Source: a virus
Virus record (IMG/VR): IMGVR_UViG_3300030090_003481
Span: 31,092 to 95,091 of that record
Strand: one strand, 5' to 3'
DNA: 64,000 nucleotides
The notes beneath the pieces are model-generated. The model did not search any database. It saw only the letters and a list, made by a program, of their open reading frames with translations, and was not told where the DNA came from. Position 1 is the stretch's first letter. Every line of letters begins with the position of its first letter. The translations under genes were made by a program, and so were the position numbers. Below are positions 38,256-46,691 of the stretch, in pieces.

Positions 38256-39336
38256 GGCTATATGTATTAGTATTTGATACTATATTATTAGACATTTTTT
38301 TAAACTCTTTCTTTAAATCGTCTTGATCATAATTAAAGTCTATATTGTCTATAACGTTATCTAATTCTTCTTGCAATTCTTCAGCTTTACGTCTATGATT
38401 AGTAATATCATGCATTTCTTGCAATTCTTCACAAAGTTGCTTCATATATAATTTAGTATATACATCATCACCGCCTTCAAATACACCTATAAGATTTTGT
38501 ATTTGTGTTCTTACAGAGTTTTCTCGAGTACTCTCAAGTTTACTTGAAACAACACTAATTCTATCAGGAGCTATTAAACTACAACATTTCATAATAGCTT
38601 CTGTATCTTCTAAAGCATATATTAATTTGATAGCGTTAACCATTTTAGGTATATAACTAGCAGTTCTATCAGATATTTTATCATAAACAGCTTTGATAAA
38701 TCTTTTAGTTTTATGTATATCTACTTTCTCTGTCATATTTTTTATATCTTTAGCAGTAGGTATAGATATTTCTAATTCAGTTGTTGTACCTTTAAATGTT
38801 TTAAATATTGTATCAACACCTACTCTATCTACATTAAGTGTTAATACAAAACGATCCCAGAAAGGATTGTCTTCTTCACTACCATTTATTTGATTACATG
38901 ATCCAACAAAACTTTGCCATTTACATTTTTTAACTTCATCACCGTAAAATATAGCTTTCTCCCGCATAACAGATAACATAGTGTTTCTAATTGCAGAATT
39001 ACCTTTGTCAACCTCATTAATCATAACAAATTCAGCATCAGCAATAGGCGCATCAATTTTATATTCTTTATTTTCTAATAAAGATTTCATATTAACACGG
39101 CCCTTTATTTCTGATGTCTTGGTACCTTCATCTAATTCTATAACAAATGTGTTATTTCTAACAGCATTTCTATCGTAGTTATACTTAGATGCAGCATAGT
39201 CTAATAATGCTTGAGTTTTACCAGTACCAGGTTCTCCTAATAATAAAACAGGTAATTGTAATGCTTCACCTAAAGCTAATGCATTAAATACCTCTTCTTT
39301 TCCTATTAATTTTGTTTTTATTCTTCTATTTTCCAT
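38245..39336 (-). CDS. MoxR/RavA-family AAA+ ATPase
   Basis: GEPGTGKT, TKTSEIKG, VMINEVDKGNSAIRNTMLSVMRE, GSCN, PFWDRF. Confidence 0.85.
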   Translation of the reverse strand: MENRRIKTKLIGKEEVFNALALGEALQLPVLLLGEPGTGKTQALLDYAASKYNYDRNAVRNNTFVIELDEGTKTSEIKGRVNMKSLLENKEYKIDAPIADAEFVMINEVDKGNSAIRNTMLSVMREKAIFYGDEVKKCKWQSFVGSCNQINGSEEDNPFWDRFVLTLNVDRVGVDTIFKTFKGTTTELEISIPTAKDIKNMTEKVDIHKTKRFIKAVYDKISDRTASYIPKMVNAIKLIYALEDTEAIMKCCSLIAPDRISVVSSKLESTRENSVRTQIQNLIGVFEGGDDVYTKLYMKQLCEELQEMHDITNHRRKAEELQEELDNVIDNIDFNYDQDDLKKEFKKMSNNIVSNTNTYSHAE

Positions 39337-39878
39337 AAATCTTTTAATAATTTAAAATCGTTGTTATTATATCTAAAAATCTCTTTTTCCATATTTGGTT
39401 TAGCCATTAATTCACTGTTATCTAGATTAACTTTTAACTCTTTTTCCCAATGAGCTTTTAATCTAGGGTCACGGTGAACTACTCTATAGATATTAGTGCC
39501 AGGCTTAAATCTATGTTTATATACTAAACTAAATTTAGAGTAATCTCCCTTTAAAAATTTCTTATAATCTTCCATGTGTCTGCCAGATACACTAAAAACT
39601 ATCATTAAATGATCTGTAACGTCTTGTATAATTTCTGCATTAAAACGTTTTATACCATATAATTCTTGAAATCGTGGATGTTTTTTAAGTTTACTAATAA
39701 ATTTATCAAATTGTATAGTAAATCTTGGTTTATATAACGCATATATTGCGTTTTCATGTTGTATGTCGTGTCGTAGATCTCCTACATATAAATTAATAAG
39801 CCCAAAACGTCTTCTAGATCTTAAAACTTCAGAAGGTAGCATTGGGCTTAAAAAGCGTGTACTATATGTTTTTGTCAT
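39318..39878 (-). CDS. Hypothetical protein
   Basis: 186-aa ORF overlapping its neighbours; contains F..G.YSKFS. Confidence 0.5.
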   Translation of the reverse strand: MTKTYSTRFLSPMLPSEVLRSRRRFGLINLYVGDLRHDIQHENAIYALYKPRFTIQFDKFISKLKKHPRFQELYGIKRFNAEIIQDVTDHLMIVFSVSGRHMEDYKKFLKGDYSKFSLVYKHRFKPGTNIYRVVHRDPRLKAHWEKELKVNLDNSELMAKPNMEKEIFRYNNNDFKLLKDLWKIEE

Positions 39879-40903
39879 TCAAATATATCCATTAATACTT
39901 CGCCATTTGCTTCTTGAACTTCTTTTGTATATCTCCAATCACGTGTTTTTTGATAATACTCAAGTTCATCTACTAATTCATCAAATCCTTTAAGTTTATT
40001 TATACCTTTAGGTAAATAACCACCGTGTTTACCTATGAATAAATCTTTCTCACTACATACATAAACAAGAGGGAATTCGTTTAAATTAGAATCTACTACT
40101 ATAAACCTAAAAGGTTCTATAGTCCAAGCTTCAGGATCTTTTATTTCCGAAATATGAAACAACCAATATCGTATAGCATCGTTATAAAAACTACACTGAC
40201 GAAAATAACCGTAGCGAATATAAGATTGTATAAAATTAGAAATACCTTTACTGGTAGTTTTAATATCGATCGGGATAATTCGTTTCTCATTATGATCTAC
40301 TAATACTTTATCTAGTATACTTTTGCATTCAAAATCTTTATATTTCCAGGTAATAGACAATTGATTTATATCATCTATTAGAGGATTTGAAGGCAAATCT
40401 ACTAAATATTTTTTAGTAAACTCATTATTTAACAACATTTCTTTCATACCTGAAGCAGATAAATGTTCCATAGGGGATAATATAGTTTTACCTTTACTAT
40501 CTCTTATAAATTTAATATACTTTTGTATATCATCTGCTTCAAACTTTTTAATTACAGCTTCAAATTTAATTTTAAAACCAGATGCTTTGTATGCCATTTG
40601 TCTTATTTCGTCTTCTATATAAGAATCTTCAGCACATTCTTTATCTACAGCAGCTAGTTTATATGTAATATAATGTCTTACAAATTCACCCATCATTCCG
40701 CCAGGAGGGTCCATTGTTGCAACAGCATATCTATTATTAAATTCTTCAGGTTCTGTTAGCATGCAATCTAACGCACTACCTTTTCTAAGTGCTTCACTTT
40801 CCTCATCTCGAGGATCTTCTATGTATTTTTTATAAGCTCTAGGGCTCTTACCTAAAAGGTTTAAACCTGAGATACTTATTCTATGATTATATAAATCTTT
40901 CAT
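39875..40903 (-). CDS. PD-(D/E)XK exonuclease (RecE/ExoVIII, DUF3799-like)
   Basis: ISISGL, GSALDCMLTEP, CKSILDK...IDIKTT, YGYFRQCSFY. Confidence 0.8.
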   Translation of the reverse strand: MKDLYNHRISISGLNLLGKSPRAYKKYIEDPRDEESEALRKGSALDCMLTEPEEFNNRYAVATMDPPGGMMGEFVRHYITYKLAAVDKECAEDSYIEDEIRQMAYKASGFKIKFEAVIKKFEADDIQKYIKFIRDSKGKTILSPMEHLSASGMKEMLLNNEFTKKYLVDLPSNPLIDDINQLSITWKYKDFECKSILDKVLVDHNEKRIIPIDIKTTSKGISNFIQSYIRYGYFRQCSFYNDAIRYWLFHISEIKDPEAWTIEPFRFIVVDSNLNEFPLVYVCSEKDLFIGKHGGYLPKGINKLKGFDELVDELEYYQKTRDWRYTKEVQEANGEVLMDIFE

Positions 40904-41484
40904 TATATTATTGTTATATTAAATACTAATTTACGCTCATCAGATGGTATATATGTAACTTGTCCTGAACTACGAACTATTTGTATACTATCATCAGGTA
41001 TTTTACCTAGTTCTACGCATGTATCCAATAACCATTTTGTCCATGGCCATTGATTATCACAATCCCAATTTTGAACTTGTAATGGTTTATACATATCTAC
41101 CCAGACTCTTAAATATTCACCATCTTGTAATTTAATTACAGGTAAATCTTCTATAAATTGTCTTAGATATTCATGCATCCATTTTGTTATTTTTGCTCTA
41201 GCAGTATAATGTAGTGTACCATCATACATACGTTGACCATTAATAGTCCAATATTTAGGAGTTCCTGCAGAAATAGGATTAGACAGAACTCTATTTTTAC
41301 TTTGATCTATCAGATAACCTTGTTTATCATATTTATATATACCATTTTTAATACCATCAGTATATTTTTTAGCTATATTAGGTTTAGATAAATCTTTTCT
41401 TTTATAATATTTAGCTCTACGTCTTTTTGAAATAGGTACTTTATCTATATAATTAGGAATTACTATTTTCCATACTTTACTCAT
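40903..41484 (-). CDS. rusA: RusA-like Holliday junction resolvase
   Basis: WDCDN...K..LD..V..G.IPDDS matches the RusA DxDN..K..D..DD pattern. Confidence 0.65.
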   Translation of the reverse strand: MSKVWKIVIPNYIDKVPISKRRRAKYYKRKDLSKPNIAKKYTDGIKNGIYKYDKQGYLIDQSKNRVLSNPISAGTPKYWTINGQRMYDGTLHYTARAKITKWMHEYLRQFIEDLPVIKLQDGEYLRVWVDMYKPLQVQNWDCDNQWPWTKWLLDTCVELGKIPDDSIQIVRSSGQVTYIPSDERKLVFNITII

Positions 41485-42472
41485 TTGTTAATTTTTTTAT
41501 TAATTCATGTGCTATATTTAATCCATGCTTTTTCATTACATCAGTAAAATCTTTACAATTAAACTCTTCCATAGAAATAAAAATCATTTGACTTCCAGGT
41601 ATTTTTTTATGTAATGATTCAGCACCGAATATTCCAGCAGGATCATTGTCAAATAAGATATAAATATTTTTATATTTTTTAATAATACATTCTAAAACTT
41701 CTAAATCTAAATGAGTTGTTTCAGCTTGTGGCGCAATTGCTTCATAGCCTAATTCCCACAAAGCCATAACATCTTTTAAAGATTTAGTTATAATTAATGT
41801 ATCTTTTTCATATCTTAATTGATCATAACCCTGAACAGTATTCATTTTAGCATTTGATAACCATTTATATACACCTTTAGGTTGTAAAGGTCTATATACT
41901 TTTACTTTATCCCCAAATTTATAACAATATATAGGACTATTATTATTATATTTAAACAATAGTTGTTTGTTTAAAAATACAAATTTAGCACTATATACAT
42001 TAAAATGTTTTAAAGTATTTACTGATATACCATAATTATTCCAATATTTTATATCTAGATCAGTAAATTGTTGAGGTTTAAATTGTATAAGACATTTTTT
42101 ATCTATAATCTCCGCTTTAAAATCTTTATAGGATACTTTTCTTTTATTATTCTTACCTGCCAGGCATAATCCTAATTTATCATTTATATCTAATAAAGCA
42201 TTATAGAAATTACAATTGTTCATTAGCATTACTAAGTCAAAACAAGTGCCTTGACTACCATTGAAATCTTTGAACCTAAGTTCTTGATATTCAGAGTAAT
42301 ACACATTAAATGAAGGTACATTATCATCTCTAAACGGGCTATTATACATACGACCTATTCTAAAATCGAATCCTAAATAATGTCTCATTATTTCTTCTTC
42401 TGATGTTTCTTTAAGGATGTTTTCCTTAGAGAGTTTCTTATACTCTATTATTTTATTTGAATCGTATTTCAT
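41477..42472 (-). CDS. dnaG: DNA primase (DnaG/TOPRIM, crAss-type)
   Basis: SPFRDDNVPSF...FKDF..GTCFDLV N-terminal domain; IITKSLKDVM and FDNDPAG TOPRIM motifs; KDFTD. Confidence 0.85.
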   Translation of the reverse strand: MKYDSNKIIEYKKLSKENILKETSEEEIMRHYLGFDFRIGRMYNSPFRDDNVPSFNVYYSEYQELRFKDFNGSQGTCFDLVMLMNNCNFYNALLDINDKLGLCLAGKNNKRKVSYKDFKAEIIDKKCLIQFKPQQFTDLDIKYWNNYGISVNTLKHFNVYSAKFVFLNKQLLFKYNNNSPIYCYKFGDKVKVYRPLQPKGVYKWLSNAKMNTVQGYDQLRYEKDTLIITKSLKDVMALWELGYEAIAPQAETTHLDLEVLECIIKKYKNIYILFDNDPAGIFGAESLHKKIPGSQMIFISMEEFNCKDFTDVMKKHGLNIAHELIKKLTNE

Positions 42473-42481
42473 AATTTATAA

Positions 42482-42668
42482 TAAATAAAGATAAAGGAGG
42501 AAGGATCACATATGATCATTTATAAACTAATTGTAATTTGAATCACCGAATTATTAATTAATTTAATTGTTGTTTATCAGTCACATATATGATCCCACGT
42601 AATTACACCCAAAGTATAACCGCCATTATTAAATTAAATTAAATTACAACCTCCTTATCTTTACTTAA
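42482..42668 (-). ncRNA. Candidate structured RNA in the primase 5' leader
   Basis: Long-range helix 42486-42500/42650-42663 encloses helix 42503-42514/42584-42595. The mismatches become G-U pairs on the - strand. Confidence 0.4.
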
Positions 42669-42677
42669 TTACCACAA

Positions 42678-43259
42678 CTAAAATGGTAAGTCTGCTTCGT
42701 CAGTACTATTAACCTGAGATTCTACAGCTGCTGTAGATTTCTCCATTTTATCATACTTAGGATTAATCTTTAAACCGCTTGGATCTTTAGCCATATCCTC
42801 AACAAAAGGCGCAAAATTAGGCAAAGAGCAATAGTCATTATAACTATATACAACTTTAAGTCTTAATTTTTTACCTGTGAATGTATTAGGAGCTAATAGT
42901 CTAACAATACTATCAACTAGCTCTCCAAAGTTATTACCTTGAACAACAAACTGATTGTCTGGTATAAATTTAGTAGCAATATGCTTTATTCTAACAAGCA
43001 TTTGATTTATTCTTCTAGTAACACACTCATCTACAGACTCACCTGGTTTAGGAGTTACTCTTGCTGGATCTACATCCCACTCCATGTGTTTTAACTCAGA
43101 ACCATTAGCGTCTTTGAATAAGAATCCTAGATAGTCACTACCATTACTAGCAGTATATCTTCCAACACTTACTAATTCACAATTATCATTTATTCCTACA
43201 GGTATTGTAGATTTTAAAGCTACTTCTTGTACTTGTGTACTTTGATCGATTTTATACAT
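42678..43259 (-). CDS. Single-stranded DNA-binding protein (OB-fold, crAss-type)
   Basis: Beta-rich, C-terminal acidic tail ending DEADLPF, in the replication block. Confidence 0.65.
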   Translation of the reverse strand: MYKIDQSTQVQEVALKSTIPVGINDNCELVSVGRYTASNGSDYLGFLFKDANGSELKHMEWDVDPARVTPKPGESVDECVTRRINQMLVRIKHIATKFIPDNQFVVQGNNFGELVDSIVRLLAPNTFTGKKLRLKVVYSYNDYCSLPNFAPFVEDMAKDPSGLKINPKYDKMEKSTAAVESQVNSTDEADLPF

Positions 43260-43283
43260 TTTTTATTATTTTAATTATTAAAC

Positions 43284-43829
43284 TTAACCCCAAATATCTA
43301 TGGCGTCTTCTTCATTTTCTTCTTGTTCTTGCTTATTTAAACTTGTTGCAAGAGCTTCTGTTGAATTTGGATAATCATCTCCAGATTCTTCAGTTACTGG
43401 TACTTCTTCCTCTTTTTCTTCCCATTCATGGTCAGTTGTCTCTTCAACTGTTTCTGCTGTTTTTATTACTTTATAGAATGTCATGCCAGGATATTCATCA
43501 AAAGTTAGATTAGCCTCGGCAACATATACTTCAGTGTCACCCGTTCCAGGAAGTTCTAAATAAGATCTTATGTCTCTACTATGTGGAAGATTTTTGATAT
43601 AACCTTGTTTATTTACAGCTACACCATCACCATCAGTTGCATTATATACAACTACAGACTCTTCATTACTTTCAGGATAACCAAATCCTATTTTATTATT
43701 AGCAGCGTCTATTTTTAATCTAGACATAAGTGCAGGAGATAATCTCATTATACCTTCATCTCCTAGTTTGATGACTAAATTGTCACCGAATTGATTTAAT
43801 CTTTCTATTCTCTTTCCAATTAATTTCAT
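43284..43829 (-). CDS. Hypothetical protein with long acidic C-terminal tail
   Basis: 181 aa, Glu-rich tail ending DAIDIWG. Confidence 0.55.
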   Translation of the reverse strand: MKLIGKRIERLNQFGDNLVIKLGDEGIMRLSPALMSRLKIDAANNKIGFGYPESNEESVVVYNATDGDGVAVNKQGYIKNLPHSRDIRSYLELPGTGDTEVYVAEANLTFDEYPGMTFYKVIKTAETVEETTDHEWEEKEEEVPVTEESGDDYPNSTEALATSLNKQEQEENEEDAIDIWG

Positions 43830-43835
43830 TTTTAA

Positions 43836-44519
43836 TTATTTATTATATTCATTTACTTTATTAATAACATCTTTAATGTCATTAGGTATCTTTAAGTCTG
43901 TAAACATACCTCTAGGACTTTTTGCAGTAGTAGTGCCATCAGATTGAGTTATAAAATTATAACTAGTTTTACCTTCAGCATCTAGACCTACATCAGTAAA
44001 TAATACTACAGTAAACATACCTTCCATAGTAATTACATTATCAACTAATTTACCGACAGTTTTGAATTTTAATCTTCTATTGCCTTGTAAATCAAGTGAT
44101 TGCTCTGCGTGACCTATCATAACAAATGTAATACCTTCACGCAGATTTTTGCCAGCATTTGCTACTTCCCATGCATGTAAACCAATGTCAGTAAACTTAT
44201 CAAAGCCACGTTCATTTGCTCTACGCATGTATTCATTTGCCATTAGATATTGAAAGTCATCTATAACTACAGTAGTTACATCAGGCATATTATCATTTAT
44301 ATGCTTTAGTGTAGCAACTATAGTAGAATGATTGTCACTTTCTATATAATTACCTTTAGGATTCTCTTTAGATAATTTAGTATAGTTAGTTCTCCAACCT
44401 CTAAAAGGCATTGGTTTTTTTGCAACATTAATTATAAATGTTTTAGTAGGGTCTAAGTTTTCTAAACTAGTGGATTTCCCCGAACCACTCTCACCGATTA
44501 TTAAAATTTCTTGTGCCAT
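43836..44519 (-). CDS. AAA_24 / Sak4-like P-loop ATPase
   Basis: IIGESGSGKSTS, VVIDDFQYLM, KTVGKLVD, EGMFTVVL, TAKSPRGMF. Confidence 0.8.
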   Translation of the reverse strand: MAQEILIIGESGSGKSTSLENLDPTKTFIINVAKKPMPFRGWRTNYTKLSKENPKGNYIESDNHSTIVATLKHINDNMPDVTTVVIDDFQYLMANEYMRRANERGFDKFTDIGLHAWEVANAGKNLREGITFVMIGHAEQSLDLQGNRRLKFKTVGKLVDNVITMEGMFTVVLFTDVGLDAEGKTSYNFITQSDGTTTAKSPRGMFTDLKIPNDIKDVINKVNEYNK

Positions 44520-44529
44520 TGTTTATTTT

Positions 44530-44685
44530 TTATTCGTAAAAATCATAAAAATCATCATGATAATCTTGACGATCTTCATCTTTAATATTATATTTTTGGT
44601 TTATTTTTTCCTCAATTTGAGACATAGCATATGCACCTATAACGATGCCTGTAAATAATACTATAACTAAAACTAGGATTTCCAT
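44530..44685 (-). CDS. Unannotated 51-aa single-pass membrane protein, acidic tail
   Basis: MEILVLVIVLFTGIVIGAYAMSQIEEKINQKYNIKDEDRQDYHDDFYDFYE; fills the gap in the operon. Confidence 0.6.
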   Translation of the reverse strand: MEILVLVIVLFTGIVIGAYAMSQIEEKINQKYNIKDEDRQDYHDDFYDFYE

Positions 44686-44828
44686 TTTTTATCAAATTTT
44701 TTCATATTTTCCATAAATTTTTTATGTGATTTTTTGTTTTCTATGCTTGAAATTATAGTGCTTAGTACTATATATATAAAAGTTAATATAAGTACGCCCC
44801 ATAATATAGCAATAAATGTTTCGTTCAT
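44673..44828 (-). CDS. Unannotated 51-aa single-pass membrane protein, basic tail
   Basis: MNETFIAILWGVLILTFIYIVLSTIISSIENKKSHKKFMENMKKFDKKWKS; starts 4 nt after the dnaB stop. Confidence 0.6.
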   Translation of the reverse strand: MNETFIAILWGVLILTFIYIVLSTIISSIENKKSHKKFMENMKKFDKKWKS

Positions 44829-44832
44829 TTTT

Positions 44833-45828
44833 TTAATTATTTAAATCTAACTCGCCAGGTTTATAAAATTCGTCAACAGCATTATATTTTAAATTATCTA
44901 ACATACTTAATATTAAACCACTTTCACCATCTCTATTTTTAATCAAATGCCAATAAATCATTGCTTGTTGACTATTCATAGGATTCATAATTGGTAAATT
45001 GTTTGGTCCGTATGTTTGTAAATTTAACATAAAAGGTTTGTGACTAATTAATACATAATCAGAACCATGAAATACAGCATCACTACCAAATATATCTTTC
45101 TTCATAGGATAATGAAGTAAAGGATTTGATAATCTTTCTGATGATTCTAGATTCCTATTTAATTGACTAAGTACAATTATAATACATTTCATTTGTTTTT
45201 TAACTGCCATAAACATTTTATATAAATGAGCTAATATTTCACGCTCACTATTACCTTGTCTACCTTTAGTTAATAAAGTATGATCTAATATAATAACAGT
45301 ACCTAATTCAGGATTATTATGCATTCTTTCTCTATGAAATCCTAATATAGTTTCATAAATTTGTTCTACCGTGCCAGGGGAATCAACATAATTTATATCG
45401 TAATTACTAGAAATTTCTTGTGCAGCAGATTCTACAGCAGTAAAATCATCATCAGATAATGATTCTTTACTTGAATATAAATCTCCTACAGTTTTCTTTA
45501 GTTTAGCAGAAATCTTTCTACCAACTTGTTTCATTGCTATCATCTCAAAGTTAAATGAAAGTACAGCAAAATTTTCATCAGGATTACTATCAAACAAACT
45601 AGTTTCTAGTTCATTAGCAATAGATGATTTACCTGATCCAGACATACCACCTATTGTTATGATAGTATTCCAATCTAACCCACCCATACAATAATTGTTT
45701 AATTTACTCCATCTAGTTCTTAGAGATTTATCATCTCCATCTTTTCTAGATTTAATATATTCTACAATTTCATCAGCGGCATGAGTAATTGGTCTATATT
45801 TTAGACCTCTATATAAGTTTTCCGCCAT
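44833..45828 (-). CDS. dnaB: DnaB-like replicative helicase
   Basis: GGMSGSGKS, FNFEM, ILDH, LSQLNR, KNRDG. Confidence 0.9.
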   Translation of the reverse strand: MAENLYRGLKYRPITHAADEIVEYIKSRKDGDDKSLRTRWSKLNNYCMGGLDWNTIITIGGMSGSGKSSIANELETSLFDSNPDENFAVLSFNFEMIAMKQVGRKISAKLKKTVGDLYSSKESLSDDDFTAVESAAQEISSNYDINYVDSPGTVEQIYETILGFHRERMHNNPELGTVIILDHTLLTKGRQGNSEREILAHLYKMFMAVKKQMKCIIIVLSQLNRNLESSERLSNPLLHYPMKKDIFGSDAVFHGSDYVLISHKPFMLNLQTYGPNNLPIMNPMNSQQAMIYWHLIKNRDGESGLILSMLDNLKYNAVDEFYKPGELDLNN

Positions 45829-46456
45829 AATCTATATCGTTGTTGTTATCATCCATATTCATTTTTTCTAAAACATCTCTCCATGTTTCTTCTTTTAGAA
45901 AGTTACGCATAGTTTTTATATATGCCATATCACCACCTTTCTTTTTCTCTTCTAGATAAAATAATAAACATTTTTGTAAATTGCTAGCACTAATTTTTTT
46001 ATCTTTTAGTGTTTGTATAAATAGTTCTTTACATTGTTTTTTATTTTCACGTAAACTAGATTTAAAGCCATTAGTTCTAATTGTTGTAACTGGATAAGTT
46101 TCATGAAATAAATTAAATTCATCTTTATATATATCATCAATAAGATCAAACATCTCATCATCATCTGATAATATATTCTCAGCTTTAACATCAGCATAAC
46201 TATCTACTAAGTCTTTTATATATGATATACATTTCATAGTAGGTGTTATGTTTTGTAGTTTACCACCATTAGGTGCTTCTAAATATCCACGGTCTATAAG
46301 AGATCTAACATGTATAATATCGTCTCTGTTTTTTTTAAAATATGTTTCTAATAGATTAACTTTATTATATGCATAGCAATATAGTACACAATATTGAGTT
46401 AAATTTAACTCGTCTTTATCTAATAATTCTATAAAAGGTGTACCTATTGCTATCAT
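45809..46456 (-). CDS. Putative replication initiator / replisome organizer
   Basis: N-terminal wHTH-like part; F..F.ETYP...K..C...YIK.M.NFL...W C-terminal pattern; directly upstream of dnaB. Confidence 0.55.
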   Translation of the reverse strand: MIAIGTPFIELLDKDELNLTQYCVLYCYAYNKVNLLETYFKKNRDDIIHVRSLIDRGYLEAPNGGKLQNITPTMKCISYIKDLVDSYADVKAENILSDDDEMFDLIDDIYKDEFNLFHETYPVTTIRTNGFKSSLRENKKQCKELFIQTLKDKKISASNLQKCLLFYLEEKKKGGDMAYIKTMRNFLKEETWRDVLEKMNMDDNNNDIDYGGKLI

Positions 46457-46689
46457 TTGCCTCGTTTTATGTCGTTTTGTAATTCCATTTGTAACTCAGC
46501 CATTGCTTCAAACTCTTCTACACTCATTGTGTCATTTAAAAAAGCAACATGTTTTCTATCGCAATCTTCAAGATGTTCTTGTTGATGCTCTAGAAAAATT
46601 TGTTTAGATCTTTTATAAGGTTTATACTCTACACCATTTACTATAATGGATGTAGAGGTTTCTTTAATTTTGTCTTTAATTTTTGCCAT
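46453..46689 (-). CDS. Hypothetical protein
   Basis: 78-aa ORF coupled in the operon. Confidence 0.5.
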   Translation of the reverse strand: MAKIKDKIKETSTSIIVNGVEYKPYKRSKQIFLEHQQEHLEDCDRKHVAFLNDTMSVEEFEAMAELQMELQNDIKRGK

Positions 46690-46691
46690 AT

